Of a stretch of DNA of 64,000 nt, positions 19,574 to 27,874 are shown piece after piece. The stretch comes from a bacterium. Lineage in GTDB: Bacteria > Armatimonadota > Zipacnadia > Zipacnadales > Zipacnadaceae. Where the stretch lies: positions 1,322-65,321 of the forward strand of contig JAUVZM010000008.1 in NCBI GenBank assembly GCA_030602615.1, in the 5' to 3' direction. Both the position numbers and the translations under genes were made by a program. Below the pieces are notes generated by a model, which searched no databases, had not been told where the DNA came from, and saw only the letters and a list, made by a program, of their open reading frames with translations. The first letter of the stretch is position 1. Every line of letters starts with the position of its first letter.

Positions 19574-20560
19574 ATGGTCGTTTCGGAGCCTATTAAGATG
19601 GGATTCATCGGATGCGGCAATATCGCTAACTCGCATATGAATGCCATCGAGCGCATCCCTGAGATCGAAATCGTAGCGGGCGCTGACATCAAGGTAGAGC
19701 GCGCCCGGGAGTTTGTCGAGAAAGCCGGGGCTGAAGCCTACTTCACGGACTGGCGCCAGATGCTGGAAGAGATTGAGCTTGACGCCATTGACGTATGTAC
19801 TCCGCACACCCTCCATATGGAGCCAACTGTGGCGGCCGCCCAGAGAGGCATCCACGTCTTCACCGAAAAGCCCATGGCCACCGAGCTGGAAGAATGCGAC
19901 CGGATGATTGCTGCTTGCCAAGATGCGGGTGTGATTCTGATGGTCGGACAGGTCCTGCGCTTCTATGCTCCTCATATCGAGGCCCGCAGGATAGTCAGTT
20001 CCGGCCAGCTCGGCCAGATAAAGAACGTCGTCCGCCGCCGCTGGGGCTACATGAAAGATGTACCTTCAGAGCCGTGGTCGGGCGACCCCGAGTTGTCGGG
20101 CGGATGGCTGCTGTATGGCATGGGCTCACACGCTGCCGACCTCATTCTCTGGATGACAGATTCCGAAGCTACCAACGTCTTCGCTATGGGTCGCCAGATT
20201 AACCCCTCGTGGGATGATGTGGACGAAGTCACCATCCAGATGGAGCTTGCCAACGGGGCTATGGCCCTGCAGACTCACTGCCTGAACTGCTACGCCCATG
20301 CCTGGGACCTGGCCGTCAACGGCACTGATGACGGCCTGTATGTCAATGGAGAGACACTAATAGTTGGCGGCGAAGAACAACACGTACCCATGCAGGAAGG
20401 CGGGGGTATGTACACCCAGCTAGCTGAGTTCGCCTCGGCTGTGCTGGAGGGCCGCGAGCCGGAGGCCTCCGGCAAAGACGTGCGCCGAACCTATGCCCTG
20501 CTGGAAGCGGCCAAGCTCTCTATGAAAGAGGGCCGCATAGTGGACGCCAGTCAGCTCTAG
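19574..20560 (+). CDS. Gfo/Idh/MocA-family oxidoreductase
   Basis: Rossmann motif (MGFIGCGNIANSH) and the EKP motif (FTEKPMA). ATG 19574 has GGAGG 8 nt upstream. Confidence 0.85.
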   Translation: MVVSEPIKMGFIGCGNIANSHMNAIERIPEIEIVAGADIKVERAREFVEKAGAEAYFTDWRQMLEEIELDAIDVCTPHTLHMEPTVAAAQRGIHVFTEKPMATELEECDRMIAACQDAGVILMVGQVLRFYAPHIEARRIVSSGQLGQIKNVVRRRWGYMKDVPSEPWSGDPELSGGWLLYGMGSHAADLILWMTDSEATNVFAMGRQINPSWDDVDEVTIQMELANGAMALQTHCLNCYAHAWDLAVNGTDDGLYVNGETLIVGGEEQHVPMQEGGGMYTQLAEFASAVLEGREPEASGKDVRRTYALLEAAKLSMKEGRIVDASQL

Positions 20561-20680
20561 CCTCGGCGGGGAGGGGTCAGCAATCCTGCTCGACTGCCTG
20601 CTCTGCCCCGATCTGCGCAGCGCTGCGGAACCTCACACCAGTCATCAGCCTTGTATTGCGGCAGACTGATGGCGAGCTGC

Positions 20681-20709
20681 TTGCTGGCGAGGGAGGATTG
20701 TGCTACACT
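20681..20709 (+). promoter_or_regulatory. candidate promoter of the secretin operon
   Basis: TTGCTG-N17-TACACT with a TGc extended -10 element (-35 at 20681-20686, -10 at 20704-20709). It would give an A/T-rich leader of about 180 nt. Confidence 0.35.
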
Positions 20710-20894
20710 GTACTGTCTTTCGCGCCACAGGACCATCTACATCCTGTTTGTCAACCTATGCCGGCCGAAAAGCGTATATCTGATGTAACTGGTTTTGACT
20801 GGTCTGTCGTTGTATTAAGTGACAATACTATTACTATCTATGTTCGGGCAGGAAAAGGGGCCATAACCCTCGGAATACTCGAATCAAGGAGCCG

Positions 20895-22292
20895 ATGATG
20901 CGAATCATATTGTCGATTATTGCGCTACTATTCGCAATTGCTATTATGATAGGGCCAACAAGTGTGTCTGTCTGCGGCGCTGATGAGGCAGCGGTAGAGC
21001 CGCCACCGGCGGCGGTGGCTGAAGAAGCTGCGGCTGAGGCAGACAGTGAATCCTCAGAGGCTGACGACGAGGAAGGCGAAGCTGAGGACGAAAACGGCGA
21101 GGAAGAAGAGGAGGAAGAAGAGGAGAAGATACTGGAGATCGAGCCGGCCCCGCATGGCTGGACGGTGTACGCTGTTAATATCAATGCCCACGAACTACTC
21201 ACTACCTTCGCTGCTGATGCTCACCTGCCGCTGATCGTTGATGACACGGTCAAGCGCAATCTGACCATCAATGTGGTGGACAAGCCGGCACGAGAGGTGC
21301 TGCAGGTTATTGTTGACGCCTACGGTTTTTCGTGGGCGGAGGTGGAGGGTGTGCATATTATCTCAGAAGGCATGCCGCGTACTCCTTCGTCCTATCTGCT
21401 TTCGGATATTGCCTCCGTCACCACTAAGTACGTTTCGCCGGCCCAGGCCAAGCAGCTTTTCCCATTGTTTCTGCAGGGTAACATCAAGGTGAACACGGAC
21501 CAGAACGCCGTAGTGCTCTCCGGCCCTCAGGCGGTGCTCGATAAGTTCCGGCAGGACGTGGAGCAGTTCGACGTGCCTGCTGCCCAGATCATGCTGGATG
21601 TCAATGTGGTTGAATTCACGGATATGGATACGGACACCTTCGCGGCTATGTTAGGATACAGCAATGCCAATTTGGGCTTGACCACTGACTCGCTGACGGG
21701 CCAACTAACGCTCAACGCGATAGTGGACCTGCCTACTATGTTCTTCTCCCAGCTACAAGCCCTGGTCGAAAAGCGCCAAGCTCGAGTGCGAGCCAACCCG
21801 CGCATCGCGACCGTGAGCGGGCAGAGGGCCACGATCTTCATCGGCCAGGAGCAGTACCTGACGACACGAGTGGGCTCCTCGGGCAACTCTATCGAGGCCG
21901 GTGTCCGCCTCAGCATGACTCCCCTGACCGGAGGAGCTGGGGAGATTATTCTGGACATTAACCAAGAAATAAGCACGCTCAGCGCTCCGGATGCCGTCAC
22001 CGGGCTTCCTACCAAGACCACGCGGACGGCCCGCACCACGGTGCGAGTGCGTGACGGTCAGACGATTGTGACCGGAGGCCTGCGCCAGACTGAGAGCAGG
22101 TCGGTGCGCCGGGCTATTCCGATATTGAGTGAGATTCCGGTGATCGGCAACTTATTCCGCTCGAAGAAGACCGAGAAAACCACAGTAGATCTGGCCATAT
22201 TCATAACCGCTCGATCGCTAAGCCCGACCGGGCATCTGCCAGCTGAGGAAGAGACGCAGATCCGAGAGCGTTTTGGGATAGAGGAGCAATGA
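20895..22292 (+). CDS. secretin-family outer-membrane channel protein, paralog 1 (acidic linker + STN/N0-like + secretin_N + secretin)
   Basis: Signal-like N-terminus, an STN-like module (LTINVVDKPAREVLQVIVDAYGFSW) and an N1-type module (VTTKYVSPAQAKQLFPLF...NAVVLSGPQ). Secretin core: RANPRIATVSGQRATIFIG, VRDGQTIVTGGL, AIPILSEIPVIGNLFRS. The SD AAGGAG is at 20886-20891, and the second ATG at 20898 is equally possible. Confidence 0.8.
   Translation: MMRIILSIIALLFAIAIMIGPTSVSVCGADEAAVEPPPAAVAEEAAAEADSESSEADDEEGEAEDENGEEEEEEEEEKILEIEPAPHGWTVYAVNINAHELLTTFAADAHLPLIVDDTVKRNLTINVVDKPAREVLQVIVDAYGFSWAEVEGVHIISEGMPRTPSSYLLSDIASVTTKYVSPAQAKQLFPLFLQGNIKVNTDQNAVVLSGPQAVLDKFRQDVEQFDVPAAQIMLDVNVVEFTDMDTDTFAAMLGYSNANLGLTTDSLTGQLTLNAIVDLPTMFFSQLQALVEKRQARVRANPRIATVSGQRATIFIGQEQYLTTRVGSSGNSIEAGVRLSMTPLTGGAGEIILDINQEISTLSAPDAVTGLPTKTTRTARTTVRVRDGQTIVTGGLRQTESRSVRRAIPILSEIPVIGNLFRSKKTEKTTVDLAIFITARSLSPTGHLPAEEETQIRERFGIEEQ
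21099..21128 (+). repeat. GAR codon run (Glu9-Lys) inside the acidic linker of secretin paralog 1
   Basis: The sequence gaggaagaagaggaggaagaagaggagaag is seen directly. It is part of a roughly 50-aa Asp/Glu/Ala-rich segment at 20979-21128. Confidence 0.6.
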
Positions 22293-23995
22293 TGCCGGCG
22301 AGACAGTTGACACTACTTATGCTAGTTGCCTTGGTCCTACTCGCGCCGGCCGTCGTCTTCGGTCAGCGGGAGGACTTTGTCGAGCTTGAGAAGATCGAGG
22401 TGGAGGAGGTCTCTAACGCAGTGCGCCTGCGTCTTACCGCCGACGGCGTCCTGCAGGTCAATGCCAGCACCTACTGGGCCTATGGTCGGACTCTTTGGGG
22501 GCTTCTCTCTGGGGTCGGGGATGAGCCTGAGGCTGGCCCTGACCGGCGTATTAGCTTTATGCTGCCCAACGTTCGCAGCGGTGCGGCGCCGGCGGTGCAG
22601 GTGGCGAAGTATCCGGTGAGCCATCTGGAGTTTTCCTTAGTGCCGTTGGGGCAGGACAGCCTGCTTATCTGTACCTTGGTTCTGTACCGGCCCGGCTACC
22701 TGACGGTCGTTCAAACAGGCGGGGGCATGGGCCCGGACCCCAGCCAAGAGCAAGAGTACGATGGGCCCCAGGTTATGCTTCAGACCACCAGGAAGCAAAA
22801 CGAGCTGCTTATCACCGTGCTGAGTGATCGCCCTAAGGAGCCACCGCCGGAGCGCCCGGTGGTGAAGCCGGCTGCTGCCGAATTGGAGGTAACTGGCGAG
22901 GCCGATAACCTAAGCATACATGCCATCAACGCGGATATGCACCTGCTGTTGGAGCGTGTATCGCGGCTGGCGCAAGTCCAGGTGTATCTGGATGACAAGG
23001 TGGACCTACAGGTCACGACCCACTTGGAAAGTGTGCCGCTGCAGCGTTTGCTGCAGACCCTGGTAGTGGGCTACGGCCTGTCCCTGCGTCGCGAAGGCGG
23101 TACATACTTCGTCAGCCTCAGCCAGGCGGAGACGGCTGTCCCCTTCTGGACCGCGGAGACGCGCTCGGTGCCGCTGCGGTACCTGCCGTGCGACGAGGCG
23201 CTGCTCCTGTTGCCCGACGTGCTGCTCTCTTATGTCCGGTCTAACGAGGAGGGCAACGCCCTGGTCATGAACGGGCCGTCGCCCCTGCTCGACCGGATCG
23301 AGCAAGACCTGCGGGTGATTGACCAACCGGCTTACCACTGTCGCCTGCGGGCGTGGGTGGTCTCCGCCCGGGACGTGGCTGAGCGTCTGCAGGAAATTAC
23401 AGGCCGGGCAAGTGGCGGTACGACTGCGTGGCAGGCCGACAGTTCTGGACAAGTTCGCATAGAGGTGGCCGAGGGGCGGGCTCACGAGTTCGTGACCAGC
23501 CTGCGCCGTCTGGCGACGCGGCGCCTGCTGCACACGGAGGCGCTGCCGGTCGTGCAGGTTAAGAATGGCCAGCGGGCCCGACTGTTCGTGGGCGAGAAGA
23601 TCTACTATTGGAAGCTGTCTGGCTACGGGTGGCAGAATATGGCTCTCGACTCAGTGGAGGCCGGCGCCGAATTGGAGATCGAGCCGCTCACGGCTGGAGA
23701 TTGGATCACCGCCACTGTCAAGGTCAACAGCAGCTTCCTGGGGGAAACCAACGACCTCGGGCCGCTAGTGTTTCGCCGCGCGGCCGAGGGGATGGTGCGG
23801 CTGCGGTCCGGCGATACGATAATCATAGGCGGCTTGCGTCTGGTCGAGAGGAGCAAGGAGCGGCGTAAGACCGCAATGCTGTTGGAGGGACGCTACAGCT
23901 ACGAAGAGGAGCAAGAGGTCTGTGTACTGCTGCAGGCGCGGGCCAGCCGGGCGCCGCTGAAATACCAGGACAATGCAATGGAGGTTGTACCATGA
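22289..23995 (+). CDS. secretin-like protein, paralog 2 (AMIN-like + STN-like + secretin_N + degenerate secretin domain)
   Basis: ATGA overlap with paralog 1 and a signal-like N-terminus. STN-like module (QVTTHLESVPLQRLLQTLVVGYGLSL), N1-type module (VPLRYLPCDEALLLLPD...NALVMNGPS) and secretin-like segments (VVQVKNGQRARLFVGE, LRSGDTIIIGGL). It lacks the IPxL..IPxxGxLF segment. Confidence 0.7.
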   Translation: MMPARQLTLLMLVALVLLAPAVVFGQREDFVELEKIEVEEVSNAVRLRLTADGVLQVNASTYWAYGRTLWGLLSGVGDEPEAGPDRRISFMLPNVRSGAAPAVQVAKYPVSHLEFSLVPLGQDSLLICTLVLYRPGYLTVVQTGGGMGPDPSQEQEYDGPQVMLQTTRKQNELLITVLSDRPKEPPPERPVVKPAAAELEVTGEADNLSIHAINADMHLLLERVSRLAQVQVYLDDKVDLQVTTHLESVPLQRLLQTLVVGYGLSLRREGGTYFVSLSQAETAVPFWTAETRSVPLRYLPCDEALLLLPDVLLSYVRSNEEGNALVMNGPSPLLDRIEQDLRVIDQPAYHCRLRAWVVSARDVAERLQEITGRASGGTTAWQADSSGQVRIEVAEGRAHEFVTSLRRLATRRLLHTEALPVVQVKNGQRARLFVGEKIYYWKLSGYGWQNMALDSVEAGAELEIEPLTAGDWITATVKVNSSFLGETNDLGPLVFRRAAEGMVRLRSGDTIIIGGLRLVERSKERRKTAMLLEGRYSYEEEQEVCVLLQARASRAPLKYQDNAMEVVP

Positions 23996-25722
23996 AATGC
24001 ACACTGCTGGCGAAGTTAGCCATTCTAGGAGCGCTATCTCTGGGTCTAGGCGTGGGGTTTGCGGTCCGGGCCCACGCCCAAGGAGACGCATATTGCTACA
24101 TTAACGAAGTCAAAACCACCGTGATGAGCAACGGTGTCCAGATTCAGGTGAAGGCCGACGGTATTCTGACTTTGGACCGGGACACCCAACGCATGTGGGG
24201 GTATGGTCGAAGCGTGACCGAGGCTACATTCCGTTTTCCCGATGCTCGTTTGAACATGGATAAAACGCTTTACAATGTTGAGGAGGATCCAGTCAGCACC
24301 ATCAGCCTGTATGTGCCGCAGGACGCAGTTGACGGGAAGGGCGTGGCAATGACGGTGACCATGACCGAGCGCTCCCGGGTGAAGGCGGAACTCAGCGAGG
24401 ACCGACAGACCTATCTGGTGACGGTCTACGGCAGCCGCACGGTGGAGCGAATCGTGGGAGAGACAGAAGCCAAGGAGGTTAAGGAGGGCGAGATCCAAGT
24501 CACCGCCGTCGAGGGTCTGATCAGCGTGCACGCGGTCAAGGCGGACATCCACAAGGTGGTCGGGCAAATCGCGCGCGAGGGCGAGATCAGTGTAGCGGTA
24601 GATGATGCGGTGCAGCACAAGGTCAGCGTCAACGTTCAGGATCGAGAGCCGCTGGCAGTATTGCGGGGTATTGCTGCCGGTTACGGTCTGGCCCTGTCGG
24701 CGGTCGGAGACGTCTACATGCTCAGCGAGGGGGTGCCGGCGGACTTGCCTACCTACCTCCGCAGTGGCACGGCCTCCTTCCCGATGCGCTATCTGAAAGC
24801 CAGCGACGCCCCCTCGCTGCTGCCCACCTTTCTTTTTCAGTATGTCCACGACAATCCTGAGCAGAACGCTGTAGTGGTGACCGCGCCCTCTCAAATGCTG
24901 GCCAAAATAAAGGAAGACCTAGAAGCGGTGGACATTCCCCCGCCGATGATCATGGTGGAGTGCGCGGTCATCGAGTTGACGGACTCGGCTGACCTGGATT
25001 ACCAGTTCCGCTGGCGCTACGATAGTGAGAACTACGGTGCAGGCACCGACAGCCGCACCGGGGAAATTGATTTCGAGCACGGGGATTTCGATGCTCTGGC
25101 CACCGCGGTAGCACCCACCGCCCAGTTGCAAGCGTGGCTGCAAGAGTTGATAACTGAGGGCCGGGCGGAAGTTCGCTCCCACCCCTCCATAGCCGCGGTC
25201 AATGGCAAACAGGCGTCCATTTTCGTCGGCTCGGAACGTTACATAAAGGTGCAGTATTCGCAGTCAGGATACGAGCAGGAGCGGATCGAAGTGGTGCCGG
25301 TGGGGGTAAAGCTCAGCGTACGTCCCTGGACCGGCGGCAATCAGGAGATCACTACTTACGTGAACGTGGAGGTTTCCAATATCGTGGAGCTGGACCCGGA
25401 GACCGGAGTACCACGCCTCAGCTCCCGGTCAGCCGCCACAACCTTACGCACGCGCGACGGTGAGACCATCGTTATCGGCGGCCTCACGCAAAAGCAGCAG
25501 GAAAAGACCTACCGGCGCATCCCCATACTGGGTAGCCTGCCCATCATCGGTCCCCTGTTTCGCAGCCGGTCGCAACGCGCCAGCACTACGGAACTGGTCA
25601 TTCTGGTCCGGCCCCGACTGCTGGACGAAAGTGGCCGCCTGCCGGCCCAGGAGGATGAGCAGATGCGCCGGCAGTTTCTACAGCCGGGCGACCTGGGATA
25701 TCTTGAGGAGGCCGCGCAATAG
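23992..25722 (+). CDS. secretin-family outer-membrane channel protein, paralog 3 (AMIN-like + STN-like + secretin_N + secretin)
   Basis: ATGA overlap with paralog 2 and an SD GGAGG 7 nt upstream. STN-like module (VSVNVQDREPLAVLRGIAAGYGLAL) and N1-type module (FPMRYLKASDAPSLLPT...NAVVVTAPS). Secretin core: RSHPSIAAVNGKQASIFVG, TRDGETIVIGGL, RIPILGSLPIIGPLFRS. Confidence 0.8.
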   Translation: MKCTLLAKLAILGALSLGLGVGFAVRAHAQGDAYCYINEVKTTVMSNGVQIQVKADGILTLDRDTQRMWGYGRSVTEATFRFPDARLNMDKTLYNVEEDPVSTISLYVPQDAVDGKGVAMTVTMTERSRVKAELSEDRQTYLVTVYGSRTVERIVGETEAKEVKEGEIQVTAVEGLISVHAVKADIHKVVGQIAREGEISVAVDDAVQHKVSVNVQDREPLAVLRGIAAGYGLALSAVGDVYMLSEGVPADLPTYLRSGTASFPMRYLKASDAPSLLPTFLFQYVHDNPEQNAVVVTAPSQMLAKIKEDLEAVDIPPPMIMVECAVIELTDSADLDYQFRWRYDSENYGAGTDSRTGEIDFEHGDFDALATAVAPTAQLQAWLQELITEGRAEVRSHPSIAAVNGKQASIFVGSERYIKVQYSQSGYEQERIEVVPVGVKLSVRPWTGGNQEITTYVNVEVSNIVELDPETGVPRLSSRSAATTLRTRDGETIVIGGLTQKQQEKTYRRIPILGSLPIIGPLFRSRSQRASTTELVILVRPRLLDESGRLPAQEDEQMRRQFLQPGDLGYLEEAAQ

Positions 25723-25793
25723 TACGGGCGGGCCGATGTGGTGCAAGAGGGTCTTGCGGGTGGTGTGGGGAGCTAGCGGGTTGTCGCCAGTGG

Positions 25794-27302
25794 TCAGGTC
25801 AATTCCAGCTTCGTCGTGGGCGAGCCGGAGCTTGGCTGGTGCTTGGGCAGTACAGAGCGGAAAACGCTGCCCTCGCCCAGCTCGCTTTCAATCTCCACTT
25901 GGCCGCCGTGAGCCTCGGTGACGCGGCGCACATATACCATACCCAGGCCGATTCCCCCAGCCTGATCTTTGGACGCGCTGGTGCGGAAGCCGGGTTCCTT
26001 GCCGATGCGCTCGATATCTTCCGGGGGGATACCTATACCTTCATCCCTGACTTCCATAGCTACTTCGCCGTCCTGATCCTCGATGCTCACTGTGATGGTC
26101 GTACCCGGATTGGAGTATTTGGCGGCATTCTTCAGATAGTTATCCAGGATTGACATGATCTTGTCCCGATCACCCTCTATTGTCAGGGCTTCTGGGGCCT
26201 GGCGGAGGAGCTGGTGGCCGGCCAATTTGTCGGCCAGCTCCAGGAGGATCTGGTCAAGGGCCTCGATGAGGTCGAACTCGGTGACGTCCAGCTCAATTTC
26301 TTTGCCCGCGTGGATGCGGGAGATATTAAGCGTCTCGGATATCAGACGGAACATACGGGATGATTGGATGATGGCAGTTCCGATGAACTCGTCGGCTACT
26401 TGCAGATCTTCTGCAGTGACCTCCTCGCCCATGATAGCCTCGATGGTCTGGAGGTTGCCCTGGATCACGGTTAGAGGTGTGCGCAACTCATGAGCGACTT
26501 GCCCGACCAGTTCCTCAGCAGCCGTAGAAAAGGGAGACCGGGTGAATGCAAGAATGGACTGGCCTTCGCGGGTAAGTTGGGCGCTGGCAGCGTAGGTCTC
26601 GCCCAATGGGCTGACGAATGAGGCAGTGGCTTGGCTCTGTGCTCCTGGCTGCAGTTGGGAGATCAATTCCCGCAACTGCCCTCGGGAGTCAACCTGGCTG
26701 AGGGGCTTGCCCTGCAGCACATTGACCTGGAGGACCTGGCGGGCGGCGGCATTGGCCACTATAATGCTCTCCTCAGTGTCAATCAATATCAAGCCGACCG
26801 GAACGGTGGCAAAGGCAGTCTGGATGTCTTCGAACTCTTCGAGATGTGCCTCGACCAGCAGGGCAGCCGCCTGCTGGGCGAGCGTCCCGGCCAATTGCTG
26901 GTCCTCATCGTCGAAGGTTGGCCTCCCGCGCTTGCCCCAGAGAGTGAGGATGCCCACTGGGTGTTTGACTGGCTCCTCTTCTGGTTCGAGTGCCTCGCGC
27001 TCCCAGATAACAGGGACGACCATTACTGGGCCGCCCAGCTCTATATCCGATAAGTGGATCGGCTCATCAAGTATGATGCATCTGTCTGACTCTATGGCGT
27101 CGACTACGGCTCTGGTAAGATGGGTGTTATTGTCAATGTCAACCTGGGGGCCTAGTTCCGGGACGGCTCTTTGCGAGAGGTCCACAAATGACTGCAAGTA
27201 TAAGCGGTTATCGGCTGCGCCCAGTGTGAAGCAGGCAGTGCCTTCACTTTGTATAATCTGGCTGACCTTTTGACAGAAGCGATCAAGTATGGCAGAGGCC
27301 AC
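25794..27302 (-). CDS. cytoplasmic sensor histidine kinase (GAF-like + PAS-like + HisKA + HATPase_c)
   Basis: H-box (AHELRTPLTVIQGN), N-box (LDNYLKNAAKY) and G-boxes (RDEGIGI, GIGLGMVY). No TM helix is present and there is no adjacent response regulator. Confidence 0.85.
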   Translation of the reverse strand: MASAILDRFCQKVSQIIQSEGTACFTLGAADNRLYLQSFVDLSQRAVPELGPQVDIDNNTHLTRAVVDAIESDRCIILDEPIHLSDIELGGPVMVVPVIWEREALEPEEEPVKHPVGILTLWGKRGRPTFDDEDQQLAGTLAQQAAALLVEAHLEEFEDIQTAFATVPVGLILIDTEESIIVANAAARQVLQVNVLQGKPLSQVDSRGQLRELISQLQPGAQSQATASFVSPLGETYAASAQLTREGQSILAFTRSPFSTAAEELVGQVAHELRTPLTVIQGNLQTIEAIMGEEVTAEDLQVADEFIGTAIIQSSRMFRLISETLNISRIHAGKEIELDVTEFDLIEALDQILLELADKLAGHQLLRQAPEALTIEGDRDKIMSILDNYLKNAAKYSNPGTTITVSIEDQDGEVAMEVRDEGIGIPPEDIERIGKEPGFRTSASKDQAGGIGLGMVYVRRVTEAHGGQVEIESELGEGSVFRSVLPKHQPSSGSPTTKLELT

Positions 27303-27874
27303 TGGCGGTCACCATCACTTAGTAGCGGTCAATCGAGATGATAGCGCAAACATTGCTAATACTATTAGAGCTGACCGGCGAAGTCAAGGCTGCCCCTGAA
27401 GTCTTGCCAGCGGATATGTTGGTCGAGTATGATTCGTCGCCAGACAGATCCGGCTCTACTTCTGTGGGGCTTCTGGCTTGTTTTCGGCGGAGCAGGGCAG
27501 CCAAGAGACACTGAGAAAGCAAGGATCGCCGCTGGGGCGCACAGAAATTGTGGCGGAGGTCAATGCAGTCCGCGCCGCGAAGTAACTAGCTATGCAGCGC
27601 TGGGAGTGGATAGCAACGCAGCGATACCGAAAGCTCTGAGCATACCAAATCTGTGCCCTACCAGCGGCTGATGCTCCCGGGGGCCTGACGTGGCTTGCCG
27701 AAATCCAGCGCTACGAGGAAACTGTCCTGGACCAGCGCGAGTGAGTGGGCTGCCATCAGTAGCCAGAACATCTTGCGATAAACGGAGTATTGTCCCACCC
27801 AGAGCGGATGCTGACGGACCGGGTTGCCCAGTGACGCGTACAGAAGCCTCAACAGATAGAAAGAGCGGTTCAAT

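Noticed and set aside
20834-21202. A 122-aa poly-Ser/Ala ORF on the minus strand.
   Set aside because: It is the reverse complement of the GAR-rich acidic linker of secretin paralog 1. The serine run is an artefact of reading GAA/GAG repeats backwards.
24046-24894. A 282-aa ORF antisense to secretin paralog 3. Similar long antisense or off-frame ORFs occur at 8225-9016, 15389-16183, 35346-36290, 37575-38474 and 62133-62948.
   Set aside because: Each lies fully inside a gene with strong family motifs on the other strand or frame. They have low-complexity Arg/Gly/Pro-rich translations and no SD sites.
27319-27873. The minus-strand ORFs 27658-27873 (71 aa) and 27319-27522 (67 aa), considered as real genes or as RiPP precursors for the radical SAM enzyme.
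   Set aside because: The starts are TTG or weak, no SD is present, the composition is odd, and the orientation is opposite to the rSAM gene. They are kept only as a note under the rSAM finding.
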